Source: a virus
Taxonomy: Duplodnaviria > Caudoviricetes
Virus record (IMG/VR): IMGVR_UViG_3300048858_000027
Span: 1 to 64,000 of that record
Reading direction: 5' to 3' (one strand)
DNA length: 64,000 nt
The notes beneath the pieces were generated by a model, which was given only the letters and a program-made list of their open reading frames with translations, did no database searches and had not been told where the DNA came from. Position 1 is the first letter of the stretch, and every line of letters begins with the position of its first letter. A program made the position numbers and the translations under genes. Shown piece by piece: positions 37,034 to 45,916 of this stretch.

Positions 37034-38047
37034 TCACACACGCTCCGTGCGATAGCGGTCCATGACCAGCTTGGTAATCTCGGGGCTGATACCCTTCGAC
37101 GCAAAAACATCAGCGAAGATCGAGGCCATGTCGAAGGTCTCGAAGCTGACACTCAACTCTTCCTCCAGCGCCTTCTGACGCATGGGCTTCACCTGGAGGG
37201 CGTCCACCTCCGGCATCTCCTCGCCATCAGCCAGCACGACCCGGAGGCAGAGGTTGCGGGTGTCCTCGATCCGCGCCAGCTCGGCTAGCGAGACCGTGCG
37301 ATACATCTCACCCGTCACATCCTCACCGTGGGCGTAGGGCTGCATCGAGCCCGTCACCAGCACCTGCAGGTCGCCGCCGTAGTTCATCAGGCGGCGGCGG
37401 TGGTCGTGGCCTGTGATGATCAGATCCGTGCGACCGCGCACCGTCTCGACGGGCACGATGTTGTGGTCGCTCCCCGGATTGATGATGTCCCAGTGACCGA
37501 AGATCGCGGTGAGGTGGCGGGCGCTGTAGTTCAGCATGTCCTGCGCCATCTCGGCCGAGGACTTCACCGGGTGCCAGGGAACGAAGCCGAAGGCGCGACC
37601 CTTCACCACCTCAGTCATCGGATGGTCACGCAGCACCGTGATGTTCGACCGCTCCGCGGTCTCGATGATCTGGCGGAAGATGTCGTAGGCCGAGACAGCC
37701 TCCAGGTTCCGCGAGAGATCATGGTTGCCGGGGTAGACGATGAACTGCGTCTCGGGGAAAGCATCCACCGCATTCATGTAAGCTTTGGCAGCGAACATGA
37801 TCGTATCGAGGGATACGACCGCCTTGTCGAAGAGGTCCCCGACACAGACATGAAGATCGGCGTCCTCTGCCATGGCGAGGTGGCGGCAGAAGTCATCCTC
37901 GATCATTCGCTCGCGCTCACCCCGGCGGTGCAGCGGCACATCGTTGACGAACTTCCGGCCTAAGTGGGCGTCAGGCAGCAGAGCCACCCGAACCCCGTCC
38001 AGGTTCAGCGGCTTGCCGTGCCAATCGTCGGAGATCGGAAAGGGCAT
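37034..38047 (-). CDS. SbcD/Mre11-like nuclease
   Basis: DAHLG, GDLFD, GNHD, GHWD, GHDH metallophosphoesterase motifs; near the SbcC-like gene. Confidence 0.9.
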   Translation of the reverse strand: MPFPISDDWHGKPLNLDGVRVALLPDAHLGRKFVNDVPLHRRGERERMIEDDFCRHLAMAEDADLHVCVGDLFDKAVVSLDTIMFAAKAYMNAVDAFPETQFIVYPGNHDLSRNLEAVSAYDIFRQIIETAERSNITVLRDHPMTEVVKGRAFGFVPWHPVKSSAEMAQDMLNYSARHLTAIFGHWDIINPGSDHNIVPVETVRGRTDLIITGHDHRRRLMNYGGDLQVLVTGSMQPYAHGEDVTGEMYRTVSLAELARIEDTRNLCLRVVLADGEEMPEVDALQVKPMRQKALEEELSVSFETFDMASIFADVFASKGISPEITKLVMDRYRTERV

Positions 38048-38216
38048 TCTTGTAACTCCTGTGGTCAGAGGGGGACATGGAGCAGATGTAGATCGCTCCG
38101 GTGAGGTGCCTGAGCTGGAGATGCTGGCTCCGGGTTGATCGCGTAGGCGACCAACCCAGAGCTTCAGCCTCAGCCAATAACTTGCGGAGCTCTGGTCTTC
38201 CGCGCGTTGAGGGCAT
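37971..38216 (-). CDS. HicA-like (dsRBD-fold) small protein
   Basis: AEALGWSPTRST..QHLQLRH.TG...SMSPSDHRSYKNALSDLRR resembles phage HicA-like proteins; overlaps both neighbours. Confidence 0.5.
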   Translation of the reverse strand: MPSTRGRPELRKLLAEAEALGWSPTRSTRSQHLQLRHLTGAIYICSMSPSDHRSYKNALSDLRRLARQAAEPGRGSGGSAA

Positions 38217-38748
38217 GGAAGATCACCTTGATCTGGTGCAGCACATCGAAGATCGCGTCGTGAGCGCCGACCCCATCCACGGGGACGCTGCGATCATCGA
38301 AAGGCGCGTCGGGAAAGGAGAGCCCTGCCAGGAAGCTGCGGAGATCCCGGCCCTTCGAGTGGTTGAAGGGCATCGGATAACCGAACCGCCGGAAGTAGCT
38401 CTGCACGAACGGGAAGTCGAAGGAGAGTGGCTTCGCGACGAAACATTCCTCGCAATACGCGCCGCCCGCCCAGTCATAGAAGTCCTTCATGACAACAGCA
38501 GGATCTTCCATCCGAGCGAAGATGCTCATCAGGATGTCCTTGTTCTGCTTCATCCACCAGGAGCGAGTTTCCTCGTCCCAGAACCGCTGCGGAGGAATCC
38601 CCAGACAGCGGTTGAACATGTTGGCGGTGTCGATCGTTCCCGTGAACGGGTTGAACCGCACCGCCGCGATCTGGATGATAGCGTTGTCATCAGGGGAAGT
38701 GCCGGTGGTCTCAATATCGACCATCACCCAGCTTTGGGAGTCAGACAT
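38170..38748 (-). CDS. DEDDh 3'-5' exonuclease
   Basis: VDIETTG, SFDFP, HDAIFD; start reassigned to ATG 38748. Confidence 0.88.
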   Translation of the reverse strand: MSDSQSWVMVDIETTGTSPDDNAIIQIAAVRFNPFTGTIDTANMFNRCLGIPPQRFWDEETRSWWMKQNKDILMSIFARMEDPAVVMKDFYDWAGGAYCEECFVAKPLSFDFPFVQSYFRRFGYPMPFNHSKGRDLRSFLAGLSFPDAPFDDRSVPVDGVGAHDAIFDVLHQIKVIFHALNARKTRAPQVIG

Positions 38749-39167
38749 GGTTCTTTGGTGCTCCAGAGCCAGGGGCGGAATGTCTCCCAAAGGACACGCC
38801 CCTTGGCGTTGATCAGGACACCTGCTGGTACGAAATACACATCGTTGGTTTTTAGGTTCTTGATGCAGAAGCGGTAGTCGCCTCCTGCTGCGGTCAGGCG
38901 AATAGCCGCCTTGATCTGGCCCCGCTTGATGTTCGACATCGGAAAGCCAACGGGGTTGATCGTCGTCTTGCACTCAACCAGACCCGTCCAGCCTTTCCAG
39001 GCGCAGATGTAATCGGACGGAAGTTCGCTGGTGACGATGATCTTCTTGTCGTTCAAGCCGTAGAGGTCGGCAGGATCTTGGAAGCGGTGAAACCAGGCAG
39101 TCTTGCCGAGGCGGCCCCACCTATCTTCAAACTCTTCCTCGAACCGCTTACCTTCTGTCTTAGCCAT
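38724..39167 (-). CDS. RecU-like PD-(D/E)xK Holliday junction resolvase
   Basis: GKRFEEEF, PSDY, LVECKTT. Confidence 0.75.
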   Translation of the reverse strand: MAKTEGKRFEEEFEDRWGRLGKTAWFHRFQDPADLYGLNDKKIIVTSELPSDYICAWKGWTGLVECKTTINPVGFPMSNIKRGQIKAAIRLTAAGGDYRFCIKNLKTNDVYFVPAGVLINAKGRVLWETFRPWLWSTKEPCLTPKAG

Positions 39168-39202
39168 GTCCGACCCTCGATTGAGGATCGGACCATAGCG
39201 TC

Positions 39203-39571
39203 TCAGAAGTGCGCGTTCCCGGCGAAACTCCGCAGGGAATGATCAGTAATCTTCACGACGCGCAATTCTGGATACTTGTGGTAGGCGCGCTTCCGCACAT
39301 AGCCGAGGTGAGCACCGAGTTCCCTGCTCAACTCCTCGTCGGGCACTCCCTGCACGAACTTCTGGATCGCCGCCTCGACAGCTTGGTCATCGAATTTACA
39401 GTGACCATGCCGCCGGGGCTTGAAGGAGGGATCCTTCCAGGAACGGTTGCGGCAGATGTCCGTCAGAGTGGACTTGTTCAGCCCATAGCGGCGGCCCAGG
39501 TCAGTCTGAGGAACACCCGCCAGGTAAGCCTGGCGGATCTCCTTCACGATCGCAGAAGTCAGCTTTTTCAC
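39203..39571 (-). CDS. Tandem-HTH DNA-binding protein
   Basis: KLTSAIVKEIR...QTDLGRRYGLNKSTLTDI HTH plus a second HTH-like segment. Confidence 0.65.
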   Translation of the reverse strand: MKKLTSAIVKEIRQAYLAGVPQTDLGRRYGLNKSTLTDICRNRSWKDPSFKPRRHGHCKFDDQAVEAAIQKFVQGVPDEELSRELGAHLGYVRKRAYHKYPELRVVKITDHSLRSFAGNAHF

Positions 39572-42177
39572 GCCGCCAGCCGCTCCCGTTCGGCAAACAG
39601 CCAGTCCACGGCGTCACCCCACAGCTCCGGCGGCAGGGCGCCACCAATGCAGTCGCGGGGCACGAAGGGAAGGTCAGGCGCCTCACGCAGCTCGATCTGG
39701 CCGGTGCGTGCCTTCTTCTCGTGCCAGGGCTCGAAGGTCAGGCCGATCGACGGCGTGCAGTCCAGCACCACACGGCTGAAGATGTCGGGGTGCAACGTGG
39801 TCATCACCTCGGTGGCCAGCTCGATGAACTCGCGCACCTTCGAGCGATGCACCGACCAGACCAGCTCGTCGTGGATGGGCATCATGAAGCGCCCTTCCCG
39901 CTTGGTCCAACCCATCTCAGCCATCCGACGCTTGATGGTGCGGATGGCACGCTTCGCCAGGGTGGCGCAGGTGCCCTGAATCTCCGCATTGACTGCCTGG
40001 TTGCCAGCGCGGGATTGGGTGCGGCGGATCACCTGCTCAATGAACCAGGCCACTTCCGGCGTGTTGAAGCGGCGCCACTTCGCGCGGAACTGCGCCGCCC
40101 ACATTGGGGTGGCCTCGTAGCGCACGCGGCGATGCCCATCCGGCAACTGGACGAAGCCCTGCCGCTGAACGGTGTGGATCGCGCCGACGCGCCATGCCTC
40201 GAAGTCCGGGAATTGGTTCCGGTAGTTGTCGCAGGCTGCGAACATCTCGTCCCGCGACCAGCCCAGCTTCTCGGCCACGTTCATCAGCAGGCCGGAATAG
40301 ATATACTCGAAGTTGGCACCCTTCCCGACCTCGGTGCGCCAGAACTTGTAAGCCTTGGCAGGCTCCATGCTCTCGCCGCGTGGGTTGATCAGCAGCTTGG
40401 GATCGACATTGGCGTTGCCGCCCTTCAGGCTCTTGAACTCCTCCAGGTCCACCTGCAGGCAGCCGGAGCAGGCGAACTCATGTAGGTCGCGGTAAGGAAG
40501 CTGCGAGTAGCAGGCCAAGAACGCCGCGTCTCCCGACCGCTGTGCGGCCAGCACCAGCTCAATCTGCGACCAGTCCAGCGAGACGATCAGGTGATCATCG
40601 TAGTCTGCCTCGTAGAAGCCGCGGACGTAGACGCTCTCGCCGCGCTTGGCGAGCTGCATCCCGTTCGGGTCCTTCATCGCCATGCGGCGGGTAGCCAGCA
40701 TGGAGGTGATGACCGGGTAGACGCGATCGGTCTCAGGGTCCAGCAGCTTCAGGTAGGGCGTCAGGTAGAGCTTGGACACCTGCTCGATCGAGGCGATCTC
40801 GCCCAGGTAGCCGAGGATCTCCGCCTGGGTCGTCCGACCCTCCTTCAACATGCGCTCCTTCAGGCGCCCACGGGCGTTGCCGTCCGACTGGACCTTGCCC
40901 TGGTCGAGAATCAGCTTCTCCACCCGGAACAGGTCATACATCAGCACGCGCATCGGCATGTAATGCGTCAGGTTGAGCTGCTTGGCTTCCTTGCGTCCGA
41001 GCGCCGCCGCCCAGGTGGACGAGATCGAGCCGCTGAGCTGCTGCGCCACCTCGTAGGGATCGGCAGGATCAGCGGAGCAGGCCCAGGTCGCCAGGCGGGT
41101 GCGGTAGGAGGCGCCGTTCTTCTGATACCAGCTCTCGCGCTCAGCCAGGGCGGGGTGCAGCTCCGCAGGGAACGGCAGCAGCGACTTGACGGCCGCCTTC
41201 AGCTTCTTCAGCACATCGACGTAGCGGAGCCGGTTCTCAGCCTCCCGCGCCTCCACGGCGGGGCGGTTGACCCGCAGACCCTCGCGCCAGCATTCCGAGA
41301 AGTCCCCGATCATCGGCAGCTCTTGCTCGAAGAACGTCTGGATGACCTGCGGATTGGTCGCCATCATGTGGGCGAGCAGTTTGTGGAACAGCCGCACGCA
41401 CCACACGGCGTCTTCACAGCCGTAGCTCACGACCTCTTCGGTGGTGAGCTGACCCATATGGTCACGGCCACCCAGCACCTGCTCGTAGGTGGTCATCTGG
41501 TGGCCGAAGTGCGCCTGGACGGCAGCCTTCAGGCCGTAGCCATAGGCCATCTGCTTGACGTAGCCGTTGTAGGAATGGCTGGCGTCAGATTCCTTGGCGA
41601 TGATCTTGCTGAGGGTCTCCTGCACCGCGGAGGAGTCCTTCATGCCCAGCGAGACGCGCTGGATCTCACCGACCAGTTTGGCCATGTCGCCCAGGTCGCG
41701 CTGCGCGAAGACCTCGGGGTCGTATTCGTCCGGGCCATAGGCGGAGACTGCCATCTGCAGGGTGCAGATGAAATCCTTCATCTCCCAGCCGACCGTCATG
41801 AGCAGCATGGTCAGCTCGAACATCGCGTTGTGGACGATCCACTTCGCGGCTGGCGCCTTGGCGGCCAGGATGCTCTCGACCACTGCCCAGGGGATCTGCC
41901 CATCGGTGTCAGCGTGACCGATGTTGAAGTAGTAGGCTTCCGGCGAACCGTCGATCCAGAGCGACAGGCCGCACAAGGTGGTGCGGCGGATGTCGAAGAC
42001 CAGCTTCTTGCCCTTGTTGATGGCCTTGATACCATCGTGGGCACGGTCGTTGTGGGTCTCGATGTCGAGCCCGACCAGGCTGGCGGTGGAGAGCTGCTGC
42101 GCAATCCGAGGCGCGATCTCGTGGATGTTGTGCAGCGTGACCGCCACGCTGGTGACGGCAGATTGGATGATGCTCAT
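39568..42177 (-). CDS. polA: Family A DNA polymerase with 3'-5' exonuclease
   Basis: GLDIETH exo I, HNAMFE, motif A DWSQIEL, motif B KGANFEYIY, motif C IHDEL. Confidence 0.95.
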   Translation of the reverse strand: MSIIQSAVTSVAVTLHNIHEIAPRIAQQLSTASLVGLDIETHNDRAHDGIKAINKGKKLVFDIRRTTLCGLSLWIDGSPEAYYFNIGHADTDGQIPWAVVESILAAKAPAAKWIVHNAMFELTMLLMTVGWEMKDFICTLQMAVSAYGPDEYDPEVFAQRDLGDMAKLVGEIQRVSLGMKDSSAVQETLSKIIAKESDASHSYNGYVKQMAYGYGLKAAVQAHFGHQMTTYEQVLGGRDHMGQLTTEEVVSYGCEDAVWCVRLFHKLLAHMMATNPQVIQTFFEQELPMIGDFSECWREGLRVNRPAVEAREAENRLRYVDVLKKLKAAVKSLLPFPAELHPALAERESWYQKNGASYRTRLATWACSADPADPYEVAQQLSGSISSTWAAALGRKEAKQLNLTHYMPMRVLMYDLFRVEKLILDQGKVQSDGNARGRLKERMLKEGRTTQAEILGYLGEIASIEQVSKLYLTPYLKLLDPETDRVYPVITSMLATRRMAMKDPNGMQLAKRGESVYVRGFYEADYDDHLIVSLDWSQIELVLAAQRSGDAAFLACYSQLPYRDLHEFACSGCLQVDLEEFKSLKGGNANVDPKLLINPRGESMEPAKAYKFWRTEVGKGANFEYIYSGLLMNVAEKLGWSRDEMFAACDNYRNQFPDFEAWRVGAIHTVQRQGFVQLPDGHRRVRYEATPMWAAQFRAKWRRFNTPEVAWFIEQVIRRTQSRAGNQAVNAEIQGTCATLAKRAIRTIKRRMAEMGWTKREGRFMMPIHDELVWSVHRSKVREFIELATEVMTTLHPDIFSRVVLDCTPSIGLTFEPWHEKKARTGQIELREAPDLPFVPRDCIGGALPPELWGDAVDWLFAERERLAA

Positions 42178-42192
42178 CGCATTGGTTCCAGG

Positions 42193-42324
42193 TTATCGAC
42201 CGAGGATGTAGAGGCAGTAGAGTGGCGTGTGTGTCATCCGGCACTCCTGCCAAAGCGCTACGTTCAGCGCCGCGAGGATCGGGAAGAACACGATGAGCGT
42301 CACAAGGATGAGGAGGATGCGCAT
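42193..42324 (-). CDS. Small membrane protein (43 aa)
   Basis: Read manually: MRILLILVTLIVFFPILAALNVALWQEC...; overlaps the upstream stop. Confidence 0.55.
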   Translation of the reverse strand: MRILLILVTLIVFFPILAALNVALWQECRMTHTPLYCLYILGR

Positions 42325-42488
42325 CAGGCGGCGCGCTCCCGCATCTCTTCCTCGACAGCTAACTGGGCGTGCTGGGCATCACGCTTCCAGAGGCGTCGGG
42401 CCTGGTCGTCCAATGCCTTCCAACTGATGCCTTTCAACGCCGCGAGTTTCTTGGCGATCGTCTCGATCGTCTTCTCGTCTGCGGTCAC
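42324..42488 (-). CDS. Hypothetical protein (54 aa)
   Basis: GTG start overlapping the 5'-3' exonuclease stop. Confidence 0.5.
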   Translation of the reverse strand: MTADEKTIETIAKKLAALKGISWKALDDQARRLWKRDAQHAQLAVEEEMRERAA

Positions 42489-43285
42489 AGCATGTATTCC
42501 TTCAGCAGCGCCTCGACCTTGCTCAGATCCTGCAGGCCGACCAGCAGGCAGGAGTTGATCTCCTGGGCGGGCACGCCGAACAGGCCCACGATGTCCCACA
42601 TGACCAGCAGCTCGTCGAAGTTCTCCTGGCACCAGGTGAAGTGGCTGGGACGCAGGCCCATCTCTTCCGCCGTGCGGGAGGTGTCCCACTTGCGATTGAT
42701 GAGCTGGACTTCCATCACCGGCTTGTTCAGCAGCACCCAGCTCTTGGGGCCAAAGCCAGGGATGCCGCGGATGTTGTCCGCGCTGTCACCCGTGGTCGCC
42801 TTGAACAACCGGATCTGACGCGGAGTGATGTCCTCGTAGCCCGCCGACACTTCGATCTTCGGGTGGGCGGCGAGTTGTGCAAGATCGCGGTCCACCGTGA
42901 CGACGCGGACCCGTTCACCAACCGAAGCACGCTGCATGGCGAGCGTGCCGATCACGTCATCCGCTTCCCAACCTGGCACAGTGATCTGCACCGTGGGGAG
43001 ATGGGACATGGCATCGCGGATGAGCTGGATGCTGGTGAAGAGATCTTCGCCCGGAGAAGTGCGCTTGGTCTTGTAAGCGGGGTAGAGCGCGCGGCGGCGA
43101 TCGTTACCGCCCTTGCCGTCGAACACGAAGACTGGCGGGAAGAGGCACCCGCGGATCTGGTCGATGACGTTGCGGACGATCATGCCGTTCTGCACGGCGC
43201 GAAGCTGGTTCAGCAGGAAAGCGTTCCCGTCCACGATCTGGAGGACACGGTTCTCGCTGTCGAGCCGAAGAAGGGGTTGAGCCAT
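42485..43285 (-). CDS. 5'-3' exonuclease/flap endonuclease (RNase H-like)
   Basis: VDGN, VFDG, YPAYK, EADD, DRDL, GDSADNIRGIPGFGPK. Confidence 0.92.
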   Translation of the reverse strand: MAQPLLRLDSENRVLQIVDGNAFLLNQLRAVQNGMIVRNVIDQIRGCLFPPVFVFDGKGGNDRRRALYPAYKTKRTSPGEDLFTSIQLIRDAMSHLPTVQITVPGWEADDVIGTLAMQRASVGERVRVVTVDRDLAQLAAHPKIEVSAGYEDITPRQIRLFKATTGDSADNIRGIPGFGPKSWVLLNKPVMEVQLINRKWDTSRTAEEMGLRPSHFTWCQENFDELLVMWDIVGLFGVPAQEINSCLLVGLQDLSKVEALLKEYML

Positions 43286-43304
43286 GAATGTTCCTGTCGG
43301 AATG

Positions 43305-43339
43305 AAAAAGCCCGCCGGAGTGGGGGTCCCCGGCGGGCT
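43305..43339 (-). terminator. Rho-independent terminator (minus strand)
   Basis: AGCCCGCCGG-N11-CCGGCGGGCT then TTTT on the minus strand. Confidence 0.8.
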
Positions 43340-43507
43340 CTATCGAGGCGGCTTTCCCGACCTTTCCCCTAACTGTTTGCCGAGGGGCAGGGTTTGCTCA
43401 CTGCTGCCTGGCAAGGGGAGTCATGGGTCCAGGCAGCTAGAGAGGTCAGGCTTCGCACTCCCTGCCGGGGAGTGTTGGAGGACGCCCCTCACCCAAACTG
43501 GTGAGGG

Positions 43508-44218
43508 TTAGCCGGCGTACTCGCCCATGAACTTGAAGGTGACGATGCCCCAGGCATTGCCGTTCTTGTTCGTGCGGCGCTCGCTGCCGAGTTCGACCTC
43601 GACGACCGAGCCAGCCAGGCCCGCCTTCAGCGCCTCACGATACACCGCTTCCCAGGCCGCCCAGTTGGTGGTGGACAGCGAGTAGCCGAGCTTGGTGCCA
43701 GCGGTCAGGACCGGCTCCTTCGCCTTGGGCAACGTGACATCGTGCAGCAGCAGCATCGGCAGATCGGCCGAGCGATACTCGCGAGCGCGGGGATCGACCT
43801 GCTGGGCACGCTGGATGGCCTGAGCCCAGGAGCCGCCCTGCGCGCAGATCACACGGTCATAGGTCTTCAGGTAGGTGGGCGGGTTGCCGAACTTGATGGC
43901 GAAGTGCGGCGCCACGGCCGTCATGTCGATGGCGACCTTCATGACATCCGTGAAGAGTTCCTTGTTCGGACCAACAACAAGGCCGAACTCCTTCACGCCC
44001 AGCCAGGAGTCCACGCTGATGCCACCGGCCAGCATGTCGTCCATGGTGACGGGCTTGCCCGGAGCGACGGGCGCCACAGCGGTGGAAGCCGCGGGGGCAA
44101 CGGTCGTCGAGATGGCGCCGGCGGAAGCGGCCTGGAGGTTGGACAGCTCGGCAGCGGCGGCCTGGGCCTTGGCGATGGCGGCGGCGATCGGGTCGTGGAT
44201 GGTGACAGCTTCGGACAT
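43508..44218 (-). CDS. Putative single-stranded DNA-binding protein
   Basis: Highly biased codons, beta-rich, between helicase and exonuclease/polymerase; no acidic tail, so the function is tentative. Confidence 0.45.
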   Translation of the reverse strand: MSEAVTIHDPIAAAIAKAQAAAAELSNLQAASAGAISTTVAPAASTAVAPVAPGKPVTMDDMLAGGISVDSWLGVKEFGLVVGPNKELFTDVMKVAIDMTAVAPHFAIKFGNPPTYLKTYDRVICAQGGSWAQAIQRAQQVDPRAREYRSADLPMLLLHDVTLPKAKEPVLTAGTKLGYSLSTTNWAAWEAVYREALKAGLAGSVVEVELGSERRTNKNGNAWGIVTFKFMGEYAG

Positions 44219-44336
44219 TTTCTGTTTCCAGTTCGGTTGAATGAGCAGCCTTGCGGCGGCTTGAGGAAGTTATGCTTGGGTCAGGACGATTACACGCGCC
44301 AAATGCTTCGATAATAGTCAGTAATTCCGACTTTTA

Positions 44337-44564
44337 TTATCGAACCTTCTGTTTTGGTTTGCGTGCTCGGACATGGGCTTCAATATTCGTAGGATCAGTC
44401 CATACGATAACCTTCCCTTCTGCATCGGTGTTGGCCTCACCGCAGACCATATCGACTGCGGTATCCTTCGCCTCCTCAGCGTCCTCGGCATGGACGGTGA
44501 AGGTGGCTTCGACGCGGGTGGTGGTGTCCACCCGCACCGTGATCTCGTAAGGGCGCTTCGTCAT
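44337..44564 (-). CDS. Hypothetical protein
   Basis: ATG 44564 overlaps the helicase stop. Confidence 0.55.
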   Translation of the reverse strand: MTKRPYEITVRVDTTTRVEATFTVHAEDAEEAKDTAVDMVCGEANTDAEGKVIVWTDPTNIEAHVRARKPKQKVR

Positions 44565-45916
44565 GTCTTGGTCCTCAGATCGAAAACTTCCCTGGAAGGA
44601 TCGACCTCGGCCGCAAGCGCCGATTTCCGCTTGATGATGTCGAAGATCCGCTGATCCAGGCTGTCCTCGTATTCGAGGATGGTGATCAGCAGCGGCGTGC
44701 TGCGCTTGCCACGGATCGCCCGACGATACCCCTGCACGAACTCGTCGTCGCCATAAGATAGCGACGAGAAGATCACATGATTGCAGTGATCCCAGTTGTA
44801 ACCAACCGCCGCAACTGCCGGGCTTCCGACCAGAACCTGCACCTTCCCAGCACAGAAGTCCTCGTCGAGCTGGAGGCGCTTGGTGTTGGAGACGGTGCCG
44901 TTCATCAGCCCCACCGTCATGCCACGCTCCTGCACCCACTTCACAAGGCGTTCTTGCTCGGGCACGAAGCAGGAGAAGAGGATCAACGGCTCACCAGACA
45001 TCTCATGGTGCGCCAAGTGGATCTCCAGCAGCTCGTCCTTGCCCGTCCGCTCACCCTCGGTCAGCCCGAAAGTCTCGGGGTGCGACATGATCTGTCGGCA
45101 CCGGAGGGCGTGGACGCCTTGGTTCGGGCTCTCCAGGAAGCTGTCCTCCAGCTCCAGCAGCGCCTGGGTTTCCCACTGGTCGTAGACCTCGCGCTGCTTG
45201 GTCGCCATCGGTGCCAGCTCTGGCACGATGACCTTCGCTTCCTTGCCGTAGATGGACTCGAATGAGCGACGGATGCAGTGTTTACCGATGATCTTGGAAA
45301 CCCGATCGGCGTTATGCCAGCCAATCGTCTTCCCGTTCATGTCCACCAGGGCGTGGTGATTCATGAAACCCTGGTAGCTGCCGTAATAGCGGGGCTCGAT
45401 CACCGCGATCATCGGATAGCAGGAATCCAGGCGGCCCTTGATCGGCGTCCCTGTCATGCCGACGAACCGCTCGATGCGGTTGCTGGCCTGGTAGAGCGCC
45501 TGGGTCGCCGCGGATTCCGTCTTGGTCCAATAGAGGTGGATCTCGTCACCGATGACTTGCTGCACATCCTTGGGCAGCAGGTGCCAGCAAAGGCGGAAGC
45601 GCGCTGGCCCCATCAGGAAGACCTTGGCCTGTGGATCTTCGAGGCGGTCCTTCCACTTAGGGCCGTCGATGATCACCACCTCCTCCGCCTTGAAGTGCGT
45701 GAAGCGGAGCAGTTCCTTTTTGTTCTTGCGCATGAGCTGCTTGGGCATCACCCAGCAGGTGCGTTCCTTGGCGCTGTCCCAGCGCCACCAGGCCATAACA
45801 GCGCAGGTCGGTGTCTTGCCCCCGCCCGGATCATGCAAGATCCCGGCACGGGGGTTAGCCATCAGGAAGCAGAGATCTTCAACTTGGTAGTCGCGTAGTG
45901 GAAGGATCGTGTTCAC
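44561..45916 (-). CDS. SF2 (SNF2-like) DNA helicase
   Basis: PLRDYQ Q-motif, GGGKT, DEIH, MTGTP, VGYNW, Q..RR.IR.G; likely GTG start at 45916. Confidence 0.9.
   Translation of the reverse strand: MNTILPLRDYQVEDLCFLMANPRAGILHDPGGGKTPTCAVMAWWRWDSAKERTCWVMPKQLMRKNKKELLRFTHFKAEEVVIIDGPKWKDRLEDPQAKVFLMGPARFRLCWHLLPKDVQQVIGDEIHLYWTKTESAATQALYQASNRIERFVGMTGTPIKGRLDSCYPMIAVIEPRYYGSYQGFMNHHALVDMNGKTIGWHNADRVSKIIGKHCIRRSFESIYGKEAKVIVPELAPMATKQREVYDQWETQALLELEDSFLESPNQGVHALRCRQIMSHPETFGLTEGERTGKDELLEIHLAHHEMSGEPLILFSCFVPEQERLVKWVQERGMTVGLMNGTVSNTKRLQLDEDFCAGKVQVLVGSPAVAAVGYNWDHCNHVIFSSLSYGDDEFVQGYRRAIRGKRSTPLLITILEYEDSLDQRIFDIIKRKSALAAEVDPSREVFDLRTKT

Noticed and set aside
40591-42558. 655-aa plus-strand ORF
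   Set aside because: Antisense to polA; no independent evidence.
43340-43507. tRNA or known small ribozyme
   Set aside because: No TTC-containing T-loop or D-loop cloverleaf and no CUGANGA/GAAA core; kept only as an unknown structured RNA.
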